Shown here: positions 12,808 through 26,010 of the stretch, piece after piece
Position numbering within the stretch: position 1 is the stretch's first letter
Layout of the letters: every line of letters starts with the position of its first letter
Origin: Nemertoderma westbladi
Lineage: Eukaryota; Animalia; Xenacoelomorpha
DNA: 64,000 nt
NCBI GenBank assembly: GCA_032718475.1
Contig: JAUCBJ010009037.1
Span: forward strand, 15,644-79,643
Direction: 5' to 3'
Program-made: the position numbers and the translations under genes
The notes under the pieces: model-generated
What the model saw: the letters and a program-made list of their open reading frames with translations, nothing else
Database searches by the model: none
What the model was told of the DNA's origin: nothing

Positions 12808-14609
12808 TAATGAACAAAGTATAAATAAATAAATTAATAAAATTAATAAATTGCTCTTAAAAGGATATAGAGATAGGCTGAGTTGAGTAGCGAATGCTAA
12901 AACTGCATAGGATCTACGGGGTCCCTCTCTACCTGCCTACAGTACAGCAGAGTACATATAGTGATACTGTAGATAAAAATTGTAATTTCCTATCAAAACT
13001 TACAGACTGAATACCGATGATAGTGATGTAGTGATTAAGTTTTACACATTTACAAAGAGACAGAGCTGATGTAGCTGTATGGCTACTAGTAATTGTGTTT
13101 TCACACTGTTGTTTGCATACAGCTTCCAATGTGGACTTAGGTAATCCGTAATCGTAGTCAATTCGTAGTCAATAACACTGCTATTTTAGGCAGTGCATGT
13201 TTCGGACTAGCAATTTATAATGTCCAATATCTCGAAAACCCAACCATGAAACTCTACCGAATTTTGAATTTACCTCCAATATGTATCATATTTTCATCCA
13301 ATGAAATAAAAATGGGGCCCTTCCTGCAGGAAGTGTATAAAAATTGAAATTTTATACAAAATTTAGGGTAAAACTGCCTAATATGGCAGTGCAATTTTCA
13401 AAGATGGCAGTGCGCCTGTGCTGCCATTTCGGGCATGTGTTCCCTACTGCAAATTGCTTGTTTTTTTGAAAATTTCTGATGACAAAAATATTTTGGTTCC
13501 ATGTATGAATAGGGCCTATGAAACCCTCAGACTTAAGACTTTTTGAGTTTCTGCCTTTAACTAAGCCGACAATAAAACTTCACTGCTGTCAGCTGTACTG
13601 ACTAATAAGTTATAGTTCATATCCGTCAGTCGGTGAGAAGTCAAAAATTGGACTTGAGTCCAAAATTGGACTTCGACTCCAGTTCAAGTCCAAAATTGGA
13701 CTTCTGTGAGTCCAATATTGGACTTCAAATCAGCCAATTGTTCCAGGGCCTTGGGTAATAGGATCGGGCGGGATTTTTTTTCTTTAATCGAAAATATATC
13801 AAAAAATAAGAGTTTTAAACAGGCTGACAGGGGGACCTGAAATTCACCAGGCAGTCACTGATCTATGCCAAAATTGGCATTTTTCAAAATTGGAAGTTTT
13901 CATGCCAAAATTGGAATTTTTGATATATTTTCTGTCCAGGGTCAGCCAATATTGGCTGGGGTTAACTAAATTTTGCAAAAATTATATTTTAATGCATTTA
14001 GAAACTTTTGACCGAGATAAAATAAAATTCACCATGCTTTTGGTTGTTTATGATAGAAATTTTGATACTGTAACCTCTAGTTCCAAAATTTGAAGTTTTT
14101 GACCTGCCGTTTTTGGCATTTTTTATTCTGATAGAGGAAGAGCAGCTGCAGACTAGCAGCACTAGCTGCAGAGAGTGGTTGTAGTTGCTGATTTGCAGGA
14201 ATACATTGGTATATTACCGAACTTTTTTTGTAAATGTGTCACTGTCATGCTGTGAGGTGACATTCTCTGATTCTAGTGAGTTGCATGCGCTTAGTGCTGT
14301 TATTGTTATGTGTGTAGTGTACGGTAGGTACGGTGTACGGTCCCTACACATTATCACATTATCCATTTCAATACATTGTCTCTGTGTTTCTATACATTCT
14401 GACATTTTTTAACAATTCGCTATCAGCATCACCTGCTTAGCTTGAAGAAGACTCAGTTCCAGTTGTTGTGTTAGTGTTAATGGTAGGCCTAGTGTTAGTA
14501 CTTCCAGACAGCCAGAGGTGGTCATTCATTACCAGTGCCTTTTGATTTATTAAATGCCGACTTTGTGCCACACATCTACCTGTCTACTGCATAAGTCCTA
14601 CCTAAGTAA

Positions 14610-14790
14610 CCACTTTAGATCCTAGAGCACCTTAGATCCTGAACGAACTTAGATCTTGGGTGAACTTAGATCCTTCCCATTCGAACTTAGATCCTTCCCA
14701 GGCAGCCAGGCGAACTTAGATCCTTCCCATACGAACTTAGATCCTTCCCATATGAACTTCGATCCTCAACATACAAACTTAGATTCCACC
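14610..14790. repeat. Degenerate ~21-bp tandem repeat GAACTTAGATCCTTCCCAT
   Basis: Directly visible. Confidence 0.8.
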
Positions 14791-15894
14791 TTGCATATAT
14801 CAGTATATCTGTATATTGCTGTACCATAGCCTGATAGCTGTGAAATAATTGTGAACTTGATGTGAAAACGTCATCCATACTGCCATAAAGCCAGCCGACC
14901 TTGCTGTAAATATTATCACACCTGGCAGCTTGAAGGGAAGCGAACTTTAGATCCTACCACCATCTGACCATAATAATAATAAATAATACATTGCAACGAA
15001 TTAGCTATTAATTTGCAAATTATAGTTTGTTGGTGAGTAACTAATCGCAACTACTCTGAGCAGCTGAGTGTATGACTTATTTGCATTAGATCATTATAAA
15101 GTACTTTTATATGCTTAATGTAATTTTGGACGTGACATTGAGAATCGAACTTAAAGGTACCTACATGAAATTGAAGCATGACAGATGAGAGACAGCCAGA
15201 CAGCTGTTAAGTTATGGAAAGTTACCTTTGCAGCTCTGTATGTATCTTCAGTGTACTAGTACTGTAGTACTGTACTGACTGTACTGTACTTAGAATATAA
15301 TGGTACATTCTAGCATTCTAGGTACTTTGTACTTTACTTTTAGCATATTCAGATATTGTTTAGTTCACAATTTACATTCATGTTATGTCTAACCTTACAG
15401 CCTTTATGTACCCAGGACTTTATAGTGTCTTTAGGACTAGATTAGATTATGCTCCAACAAATATTTAATTACAAATTATATTTGGTGGATACTGATAGCA
15501 ATGCCAGGTTAGCCAACTACAGCTGCTGCTAAGGCTAACTACAGTACAAGCTACGATTTCGTCTAAGGCTATGGGAGCCCTATCAGAAAGAAATACTACA
15601 AGTTGATGCTACCACCATCTCTTCTAATTTTTCCATACAACAGGAAGGGTATTATAAAACAGCTGGATAACAGGATAATGAAATGGGATTAGTAACTGAT
15701 TAACGCGTTGGGGTCTCCACATAATAAGTACAGAAGTAACAAGTAACACACATCATAATCATAAACCAATTAAGGGAAAGGAACAGGTTACAGAGGCAGG
15801 CTTTTCTAACTAAAACAATAAACGGCCACTTTTGACTTTACCAATTGAAGGAGCCCTATAACCTCACCACATACTACTACTACAATCAGCATGA

Positions 15895-16315
15895 TTCATT
15901 GCAGCTGCAATATATATATCTGTATATAGCAGTATAGGCCCTATTATGTATTAAGAATGCTGTGCCGGCTTGTTGACAAAAGTGCGCCTCCACAACTCCC
16001 TTACACTCTTACAGCCTTATCACCCATGACATTTGCTAGATCATCCGCATCTTCAAGGCCAGTGTCCTTTAAGACAGTAAGAAAGATGCGTCTCAAGAAA
16101 GTTATGGGCTGTCCACCATGCTTATTCACTCCATGAGGTGCACTGGCTGGTCCTCACGGCTTAAAGCGATGTCCTGCAAAGCGGAGGCGGCTTTGTTCTA
16201 GTGTCAAGCTTGGGGGAACCAATGACTGAATGAGACACCTCCAACTCCAATGTTATATAGTGTCTGGTTGGAGATGCAGAGATGTGTGCATTGTACTTGA
16301 CTTGACACGGTGAAC
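15895..16315 (-). mobile_element. 3' fragment of an RTE-like LINE, same family as 59521-60312
   Basis: Reverse complement of about 59940-60290, e.g. the shared ACAAGCCGGCACAGCATTCTTAA. Confidence 0.85.
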
Positions 16316-18034
16316 CTAATCAAAACAATTAGTCAATAAACATTAACTCAATAACATAATAGGTTACAGTTTACAGTAGTCTTATTTTTGCCATACGAAA
16401 ATACCACAGGTATGGCAGTATGGGTATGAATGAACTATACAGCTATAACTCAACTACGCTACCACGGTATACACCGCTAAGGCAGTAAGGCTACCGCAAA
16501 GCTATACCACTAGCGCAAAAAGTAACTACTAATGTCAGACTGTACGTGTGCGATCCCTGTTTATTTATAATACATATAATACCGTAATTAATTTGATCAT
16601 TAAAATAATGTTGCATTGTAATTGTGTAATATATATGTACTGATACGGGATGCAGTTTTGATTTAAATACCGATATACAGTATGGCAGCATGGGTACACT
16701 TGGAGTTGTACTAAAGTCCAATATTAGACTTTGGAGTCCAAAATTGGACTTGAAGTCTAAAATTGGACTTGAAGTCCAATTTTTGACTTCTCACTGACTG
16801 TCCGTACCTGTCTGCCTGTCAGCCTGTGCTGCTGTGGTATTTTCGTATTGCAAAAATAAGACTATAAGTATGAAATACCCTATGTTATTGAGATATTGTT
16901 TATTGTTTTGGTTAGAAAAGCCCACCACTGTAACCTCAGAACCTGCTCCTTTCCGTTAATTAAGTAATGGAGATTAGTTTATTGTTTTGGTTAGAAAACA
17001 CCACCACTGTAACCTGCTTCTTTTGCCACAGGTACCGGTACGCATATGAATGATAACCGACTAATATTACCCTATCCCTTTTTAAAACAAAATTCAAATT
17101 GATTATTTTAATATATTGTAGGATTACCGGTATCTACTGATCTAACTGTCTAACCAGTGGTGTATAAAATACGGTCCTACGAATTACCAAAAAAAACACA
17201 AAATTACCCAAAAATACACAAAAAAATATAAAAAAAACACAAAAATTTACCCAAAAAACACAATAAAACACAAAAAAACACAATATTACCCAAAAAAACT
17301 TACCCAAAAAGACAAAAAAAAATGTATATCCTATAACAGGCAGACAGGGGTATAGCTATAGCAGTATAGGGTTGGAAAAATAAGACTGTAACCTGTGTTC
17401 TTTGGTTATCGTTTATTGTTTTGGTTATAAAAGCCTGCTACTGTCAGTTAGGGAACATACCTTTAAATAAGCTCCAAAAGTAGGTTTTTATTTAAGGAAA
17501 ATGGTTCTTATTTAGTGGTTTTTGGGCCTTTTTTGGATATTTTTTCGACATAATACAGTAATATGCAAGAACTTGTTTCAGGTAAAAATACTGCATAATT
17601 TTATTTCACAATATAAAAGTTGGGTCTTTCTTGAACATAATGCAAAAAACCAGGAAACATTTCACCGTCCGGTTTTTTTTCTACAAGCGTTTTAAAATTG
17701 CATTAAAAATACGACCAGTTCCTAAATAAGAGGGATTTTTTAAATTTACCTTATTTAAGACATCGAAATTGTACACATAAATACTAAAAGTCCTTAAATA
17801 AGAACTTTCATATTTAGGTGTACAATTTCATTCCAAAATCTTCATACTCCTTAAATAAATTAAATATTTCTCATTTCTCATAATATATTAAATTAAATAA
17901 ATTAAATTAAATATCCTTATATAATGTCTCTTATAACCTCGTCTCCCAGTCCCGTCCTCCTTCTGCCCTTAACTGCTTATGACAGTTATGACCTCCTAAC
18001 TGCCTAACCTTGACAGGACATTGCAAGATGCAGA

Positions 18035-18460
18035 GATAACAACGAGCAATAATGAGCAACAACGACTGAACGAGCAACAACGAGTTATATTGAGCAACAA
18101 TGAGCAATAATAAAGTACAACAACGAGCAACAATGAGCAACAAGGACTGAACGAGCAACAACGATTAATATTGAGCAACAACGAGCAACAATGAGCAATA
18201 ATAAAGTACAACAACGAGTAACAATGAGGAACAACGATTGAACGAGCAATAATAAAGTACAACAACGAGCAACAATGAGCAATAATGAGCAACAACAAGC
18301 AATAATAGAGTACAACGAGCAATAATAAAGTACAACTAACGAGCAACAATGAGCACCAACAAGCAACAATGAACAACAACGAGCAACAATGAGCAACAAT
18401 GACCAACAACGAGAAATAATAAAGCGCAATGAGCAGCAATGAGCAACAACGAGCAACAAA
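18035..18460. repeat. Low-complexity tandem array (AACAACGAGC/AACAATGAGC)
   Basis: Directly visible; produces spurious Cys/Leu-rich ORFs. Confidence 0.9.
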
Positions 18461-19109
18461 CTGCGTCGAACCGGATTGAATGTGGGGGAGAGCCACGTTC
18501 AAGTGAGCGATCTTTAGCATATGGGTGCTATTAACGAGTTGTCTGTCATCCTTATAAATTTTTTATCGCTAATAACTCGGTCATTCCTTGATGAAATTAA
18601 ACGAAACTTGGTATGTATGTAGTATGTCAAAAGATTAGAAATAATCTGAAGTTTGGTAAAAAACAAACGAACGCAATGAGGCAAATTAAGGAGACAAGTA
18701 TTGTGTTGAACGACCTCTGAATAATGAAAGACAACATGTTAATGGGGTGGGGCCCCTATCAGCTAGGGCTAACTAAGGCTTTGCTCACTTCATGCTGCGC
18801 AAAGGTCCCACGAATGTGTCCCACTTCTGCCTGAGCCAGTTGAGCCAAAACGTCATCCAGTCATCATCCTTAACCTTCATAACGTCTATCAGCTGCCCGA
18901 CCGAACCATCTTTCATTATCATTTTACACATAATTATTATTAAAGGGATAACAATACAGAACTATGATGCTATTTATGAATTATATGATTTTATCGATAA
19001 CATTTATTTAGAAAATTTTAGAACACGATTGCATTTTATGCATTTTATATTCGATATATTTTTAATTTATGGCCAAACACTGTACAGTATTACAACTTTG
19101 CTATTTATG

Positions 19110-19816
19110 CGGTCAGCCTAAACACCCAACTACACCCAACTTTCACCCAACTACACCCAACTTTCACCCAACTACACCCAACTTTCACCCAACTACACCC
19201 AACTTTCAGCCAACTACACCCACACAGTTCCACCCCACTACACCCAACTTCCACTGCACTTCCACTTCCACTCTGGATCCAACTTACACCAAACTATACC
19301 TACTGTATGGCACCAAATATTTAACAAATTATTATTAAATCAACATCCCAAAATTACAGCATCCATAATGAAACGCCACATCGCCAAGTGATCCACATTA
19401 AAGCCCGATGGGAAACCCCACTTGGGATCCGACTATGTAGCAACACACCTAAAGGGTGTGACATATTCCCATTTATTTTCATAATTGCAGGGCAGTGATG
19501 GCAAAATACAGTACGAGTACATGCAACTGTTAAAAGTTCATATATCAGCAATTCCTCAAAGAAGTTCAGAGTTTGTTACTTTAGGCTACATATTGTAATT
19601 TGTGGAATTTTGGTGCCATGCAGTATAGTTTGGTGTAAGTTGGATGCTGTTGGGTTGAAGTTGGGTGTAGTTGCATAGTTGGGTGGAAGTTTGGTGTAGT
19701 TGGGTGTACAGTAGTTGGTGAAAGTTGGGTGTAGTTGGGTGAAAGTTGGGTGTAGTTGGGTGTGGTTGGGTGTAGTTGAGTGAAAGTTGGGTGTAGTTGT
19801 GTGTTTAGGCTGAACC
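19110..19816. mobile_element. Mutator-like foldback MITE with 21-bp internal repeats
   Basis: Inverted arms of (CAACTACACCCAACTTTCACC)n; 9-bp TSD CTATTTATG at 19101-19109 and 19817-19825. Confidence 0.85.
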
Positions 19817-22020
19817 CTATTTATGGAATCGGTTATTATTGCAAATTTGTAATGGAAGAACTTATATTTTTGAAATTAGTACTGTTTGTTTTTTAAATAA
19901 TCGTAAATTATTTTGTGATAACTTGATGTAATAATTTTAAATCCCTTGTATTTTTAATGTGTGTTGTAAATATAAGTTTGTAATAATTAATTATTATTTG
20001 TATTTAAATAATGTGCAGAACTATACATTTGATTACGGTGCCCTCTGCATGACTAATGTTAGAAGGGGGCACGTTAATAAGCCATTATTATTATTATTAT
20101 TATTATTATATTATCTTTGTGCCTATTGACATGACATTGACATTGGTTTTTTTCACACCTTTCAAGTACAACATTGTGGACAATCCATCTAAGTGGGGCG
20201 TAAAGCGGAGCAGAAGAGGAAATGCAGGACACAAGTTAGTTTTTCGAAACTGTGCGGCGATGTCCAGTTACTTGAGTCATGTCTCATCGAAATACGTGAC
20301 AATGTATGTGCGCTCAGATGGGCGATGGTCTATTCTTTTGAATATCAATGGGCTATTCTATACTATCATGTGAGGTAAGAATGCCAGTGCTAGCAACTTC
20401 ATTATGATACGATATTCTATAGAGGATTTATAGAGTGCAGTGCAACCATTGTCCTTATCCTTAACCCAACAATTAGCAATATACAGACTGACATAAATCA
20501 AAGAATTATGAAAGAAGTGTAACACATACTGTAAGGAATAAGGAATATTTATTTTATTTAAGGATTGTGCAGATTTTGGAATACAATTGTATTCCTAAAT
20601 AAGAAACCCAGGTCAAAAAGTTCTTATTTAGGGACTTTCAGTATTTATGTGTACAATTTCGATATCTTAAATAAGGTAAATTTAAAAAATCCCCCTTATT
20701 TAGGAACTAGTCGTATTTTTTATGCAATTTTAAAACGTTTGTAGAAAAAAAACCGGACGGTGAAATGTTTTCTGGTTTTTTGCTTTATGTTCAAGAAAGA
20801 CCCAACTTTTACATTGTGAAATAAAATTATGCGGTATTTTTTCCTGAAACAAGTTATTGCATATTATATCGAAAAAATATCCAAAAAAGGCCCAAAAACC
20901 CCTAAATAAGAGCCATTTTCCTTAAATAAGAACCCACTTTTGGAGCTTATTTAAGGGTATGTTCCCTACTGACTGTAACCTGCTCCTTTCCATTAATTAA
21001 GAAATCTGATTTTGTATGCTGTCTGGCAGTCTGGGTGGGTAGGCTTACCGGTAAACCGGTAGCAGTAGGTCATTAAAGGAATCTTCAAATGAACAAAATG
21101 TAATATTTTGAAAAAAGTGAAAATTGACTGATTGAAAACTGAAAAGTGAAACTCTTCTTACAATTAATCTAAATCTTATTGTAGATACATTGTTTATGAA
21201 AAACATTTTTTTTTGTCTTTTTGGGTAGTTTTTTTGGGTAATACTGTAATATTGTGTTTTTTGTGTTTTTTGTGTCATTTTTTGTATTTTTTTGTGTTTT
21301 TTTTGTGTATTTTTTTTTTTTTTTGTGTAATATTGTTTTTTTTTTGGGTAATTCGTAGGTCCCTATAAAATATAATCTTGAACAAATGCAGCCCCATATC
21401 ATTCTGTCATTTATCTAACCATCATATCAAATGAAATGAACTGATGAACCAATCAAGCTAAGGCAGTCAGGTCAATCTAATCAATCATTATACAAATACA
21501 GCCTGACATAAATAAATACTACAAAAATCTAGAAATAACATTCGAAAACCTGCAAACACTTTCAAAAACCTACAAAAACCTAACAAAAACCCAAAAACCT
21601 AATTTTTGTTTTGAAAAACCGAAGGTTTTTGCCAGCCCTGAGTGGGACTAGGCCCTTTTCACTGTGCCAGCGCTGTGTTCCGGTCTGGCAGTCTGGTAGT
21701 AGGCATAGGCCCTAATTGTTTTGTTTACGTCCCTGTTGCCTGTCACTGCTGTCAGTAACGAATATGTAAAAGCAAAGCAAAGCAAAAAAATGAAAAGATT
21801 CCTTTCGAGATAAATGAAAAAACTACTTTCGAAAACAGTACGTAGGCCTACATACTACGTAACGTATTATATGCTGAATACTGATGTAACTTGGCAGTTT
21901 CTTTTTACAGTTATAAAGTGCTTTAAGTCTTTAGGCCCCTATTTACCGCTATTAATTTATTCATTAATCTTCACTCTGTTACTGAGTAACCAATAACCAT
22001 AGACTGATTGCTGGTAGATA

Positions 22021-23784
22021 ATGGCGGTTCAGAAGGTTCGAGTCTTGTTCGATTTCGATGAGGGACAACCCGGTGAGCTCTCTATCCACACTGACGACAT
22101 ACTAACTATCATCAACCAGGACGTAGGCGATGGCTGGTACCAGGCAGAGAACAGCTCCGGGGATGTTGGTCTTGTGCCCGAGGTTTATGTCGAGATGTTG
22201 CCCCCTAGTCTACCACCCCCGCCACTGCCGCAAATGGAGTCAGCTACTACGGGCCAAGACAGCAGCTGGGGTCAACCCGATACAGGATACTCAAGTCAAC
22301 CCGCCGCTGGATACTCAAGTCAACCGGCTGCTGGGTATTCCGGTCAACCGGCCGCTGGGTACTCCACTCAGAATCCCCCCAGCGACTGGGATTGGGACTC
22401 GCAGCCACCCGCAGCGCCGCCTAACGCCGGGCTCAACCTCGCCACAGTGGGAGCTGCGGCGGGGGCCGGCGAGGAGGAATGGTCGGATGACGAATGGGGC
22501 GACGACACCGGCGGCCAAAACGAGACAGAGAAACGCGAACGCGGCGATTCGTCGAGCATCACCTCCGGTAAAGGAACCGTTAAGGGATCCTCGAAGGGGT
22601 TTATGGGACGATTCTCTGTGTTCGTGAAGTCCGGAGGGGAATCATTCCTCTTGGGGACCACTAAAGTTCACTCGCAAACTCTCGATAAAGCGACGATATT
22701 TCTCACGGAAGATGGGCCCACATGGGAAGCAAACACCGCGGAGAACTTCACGTGCACCGTGAGCGAACCCTCGAAAGCGAAGAAGTTCCACGGGATGAAG
22801 AGTTTCATCGCGTATCAACTGACTCCCTCGAACACTTCCTACCCGGTCAGCCGTCGCTACAAACATTTCGACTGGTTGTACGAGCGGTTGGCCATTAAGT
22901 TCGCCTTGATGTGCGTGCCCCCTTTGCCGGAGAAACAGGTTAGCGGGCGCTTCGACGGCGAGTTTATCAACTTCCGGATGACGCAGTTGCAGTTGTGGAT
23001 CGCGCGGATATGCCGACACCCGGTGATCTCGCGGTGCGACGCCTTCCTTCACTTCCTTACCTGCGTCGACGAGAAGCAATGGAAGCAAGGGAAGCGTCGC
23101 TCCGAGAAGGACGAATACGTCGCCGGGGCCTACTTCCTCGCGGTGAACAAACCCAACGAGATGCTGCCCAAGGAACAAGTCGAGAACGAGACGGAACAGT
23201 TTAGTCGCTTCACTAAAAGTTTCGACGCCTCTTTAAAACTCATCGGGAACACTTTCCACGACAATGTTAAGCGACACAAAGGCCCGTTCAACAAGGAGTT
23301 CATGCGGATCAGCCAGGGGTTCCAGGCGGTTGCCAATAGTTTCGATTTGGATAACCGGGTTTATTCGAACGGCCTAACGGAAGCGATTAAAGCCACGGCG
23401 GAGACCTACAAGTCTATAAGCGAACTGTACGCGGGCCAGCCGGACGTTGACTCCACGCCGTTGCTGCATCGTCTACACGAGTACTCCGGGATTGTATCGA
23501 CATTCCCCGATATATTAGCCATCCATAAAGGTTCGCTCAGCAAAGTTCGCGAGTATCAGAAGAATCTAGACGAGGGTAAAATCGACGGGGATGAGATGGT
23601 TCTGGTAGAAAACCGTTGCGATACGGTTTCATACGTTCTCGAATCTGAGATCAACCATTTCCACAGGGAGAGGGTTGTGGACTTTAAGGAGATGATGCAG
23701 AATTATCTTCGATGCCAAATTGATTTCTTTCAGAATATTACCTCTAAATTGCAGTCCAATCTCGATTGTTACGCCAATCTCTAG
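22021..23784 (+). CDS. Sorting nexin of the SNX9/18/33 (SH3PX1) family: SH3, low-complexity, PX and BAR domains
   Basis: SH3 (VLFDF..ELSI..GDGW..GLVPEVYV), PX (VSRRYKHFDWLYERL, PPLPEKQVSGRF), BAR (WKQGKRRSEKDE, EINHFHRERVVDFKEMM); uninterrupted 587 aa. Confidence 0.95.
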   Translation: MAVQKVRVLFDFDEGQPGELSIHTDDILTIINQDVGDGWYQAENSSGDVGLVPEVYVEMLPPSLPPPPLPQMESATTGQDSSWGQPDTGYSSQPAAGYSSQPAAGYSGQPAAGYSTQNPPSDWDWDSQPPAAPPNAGLNLATVGAAAGAGEEEWSDDEWGDDTGGQNETEKRERGDSSSITSGKGTVKGSSKGFMGRFSVFVKSGGESFLLGTTKVHSQTLDKATIFLTEDGPTWEANTAENFTCTVSEPSKAKKFHGMKSFIAYQLTPSNTSYPVSRRYKHFDWLYERLAIKFALMCVPPLPEKQVSGRFDGEFINFRMTQLQLWIARICRHPVISRCDAFLHFLTCVDEKQWKQGKRRSEKDEYVAGAYFLAVNKPNEMLPKEQVENETEQFSRFTKSFDASLKLIGNTFHDNVKRHKGPFNKEFMRISQGFQAVANSFDLDNRVYSNGLTEAIKATAETYKSISELYAGQPDVDSTPLLHRLHEYSGIVSTFPDILAIHKGSLSKVREYQKNLDEGKIDGDEMVLVENRCDTVSYVLESEINHFHRERVVDFKEMMQNYLRCQIDFFQNITSKLQSNLDCYANL

Positions 23785-26010
23785 ATTAACTTTATTTTAC
23801 TGATTACATTTTTTTTATTATATTATATTATAATGGCTAGCCAAGTCTGTTGGACAATTTTTTAACCGCGTACAGTACCGGTGCTCTAAACCCATCTGTA
23901 TTAATATTCGAATATTATCGTATTATATCTTTAAACTGCCGTACCTCCGTAGCTCCTTTATTAAAACATTAGGTATTTTATTTAACAAACATTTTCCAAT
24001 ATTTATCGGATATTTTTATTCATATTAATAATGTTGTATATATTATTGTGAAAGAGAATGTAGTTCATATACTACAGATTGGTTCAGTAATTTATAAGTC
24101 TAAACATCTGGTACGTTATAGATTTATTATTTTATTAAGTAATAAATAACACTGTGTGGCGGTAACACTTGGAACGGACCAATGGGGGGGGGGGGGGGGG
24201 GGGGGGGGTAACCTACACTGTTTGTCTGTCTGCATCCCATTTTTGCTCCCAATAATAATAGTACATCCAGTATTTCTCAATCACTTCCAAAATATTACGA
24301 TTGAAATCAACTCAGTGTCCCAGAAAACTTTATATATTTAAAATTTTGGCTCATTAGGTGGTTATTTTATTTCGGATATTGGAAAATTGAAATTTGGTGT
24401 TGATTGTTGCAGGACGAAAAATAGCTGTAAAGATACCTCAGTTACGTTCAAAATACGACTGAATTCAGCATCTTATGAACTCATATAAATTGGAAGTCTG
24501 AACTTTGGAGCGCATGTTTGAAAGAAATTTAAAATTGTTGTGCTGCAACCACTTTTAGGTTACACTAATAGTACCTGATACATTTCTTATTCATGAAAAC
24601 TAATATAGAGATATTAATAAGCCTCTCGCAATGTTGAAATCTCCATATAAATTTGGGACATTATGAGATAATAAAGCGAGAATCTATTCTTATAAACTGA
24701 TTCCAACACTAAATACTAACAAAACCTCTTCCCTAGATATACGAGGCTTCGGTTCTAGTAAGTGTTACTGCCACAATTCCAAATACAATTATTGATACAT
24801 TGTGAGATTGTGAATAGCTGAAACTTCGTATTGCGTTCAAGACATTAGCAAAAATTCATATTTAAAAAAACCCAAATAATAATCAACTTCTCTGTGGATC
24901 CATATCCTTCCGCTCTATTCTTATAAATATTAATTAATAACTTATTCATACATATTAGGCTAGCGTTATTGAATTGGGGCCGATTTGGATTTAATGTTCT
25001 AGATAATTTGTGTATATATATAATAACCATTAGGTATCAGAATGTTCGCTATTTGTTCTAGAGCAAACACTATCTGTATTAGTTCAATATGTTTACTCAA
25101 TTAGGTTTGGATATATAATGGATGGCCAGTATTATTTCATTATCCCGGTAATAGCCAAATAAATCCAACAGGACTTTATTATCTCTTCACTTTCTATGTC
25201 TAGCCCAGTTTGTAGACCCGAGAGCTATTGGTGAATCCCTTATTATCTTCTAGGATTCAATCACTGTATATGCTGCCTAGGCCAGTAACATCATCATAGT
25301 AAATAGATAAGTTAATTATGTGCCTTTAGTGGCTACGGTTGTGTTATTTATTACGTGTTTTACAATATAATGATAATAGAATAATTAATAATGATAATAG
25401 AATAATTAATAATGATAATAGAATATAATAATTTTTATCTGGATTAAATATTTTGCCAATGGATATGTTTAATGTTTAGTTTATTTTGTGTGCCATCATT
25501 CCATCCAGTAGCCAGAATAATTGTGTATAAAATCTCTTTGGTAATTTGTATATCGCACTTTTTGGATAATAAACATTTTTTTAATTATTTTACTGTAATT
25601 CGTTGGAGACGGTTATTTATCTGACAACTTTACTAATTTGATTCTCAACTTTTAGTATAATGGGAAAGGCCCTATCTTCTGTATAAAATATTTTGTACAT
25701 AAACATAATACCTCTCCGCAGGGGGGGGGGGGGGGGGGGGGTGGCTGTTGACGCTTACGTAATTCAACCCTCTCCAGGGGAGGAGCTACGCAAGCAATAT
25801 TTATGATTTCAACTGAAAAAGATAGTTATCCTGTGCTATTGACTTTTGTTTGTTGTTTTGGTTGAAAACTGTGCCACTGATACATGTTCCTTTCCCTTAT
25901 TGGATATTTAACATAAAATTATTAATTCGCCGTTCGTTAATAGCCCTTCCTGTATAGTTATTTATATAATGTTAAAAATAATATAATGGAATAATAATTA
26001 TTAGAGTACA

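Larger units (their letters stand above)
8479..13449. mobile_element. TIR DNA transposon with ~273-bp TIRs starting CAGTAGGGAACA and a 5-bp TSD
   Basis: TIRs at 8479-8751 and 13176-13449; TSD CAAAT at 8474-8478 and 13450-13454. Confidence 0.9.
13627..16800. mobile_element. Non-autonomous TIR element with CAGT ends and a 5-bp TSD
   Basis: TIR CAGTCRGTGAGAAGTCAAAAATTGGACTT; subterminal AGTCCAAAATTGGACT palindromic repeats; TSD TCCGT at 13622-13626 and 16801-16805. Confidence 0.85.
17445..20971. mobile_element. TIR element with ~400-bp TIRs starting CAGT(T)AGGGAACAT and a 5-bp TSD
   Basis: TIRs about 17445-17860 and 20550-20971; TSD ACTGT at 17440-17444 and 20972-20976. Confidence 0.88.
17172..21363. 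mobile_element. Mutator-like foldback element with A-rich subterminal repeats
   Basis: Termini CGGTCCTACGAATTACC / GGTAATTCGTAGGTCCC; 9-bp TSD TATAAAATA at 17163-17171 and 21364-21372. Confidence 0.8.
8344..21640. mobile_element. Non-autonomous hAT-like element inflated by nested insertions
   Basis: TIR CAGGGCTGGCAAA / TTTGCCAGCCCTG; 8-bp TSD AGTGGGAC at 8336-8343 and 21641-21648. Confidence 0.8.

Noticed and set aside
17931-18520. Cys/Leu-rich ORFs
   Set aside because: Translation of a low-complexity tandem array
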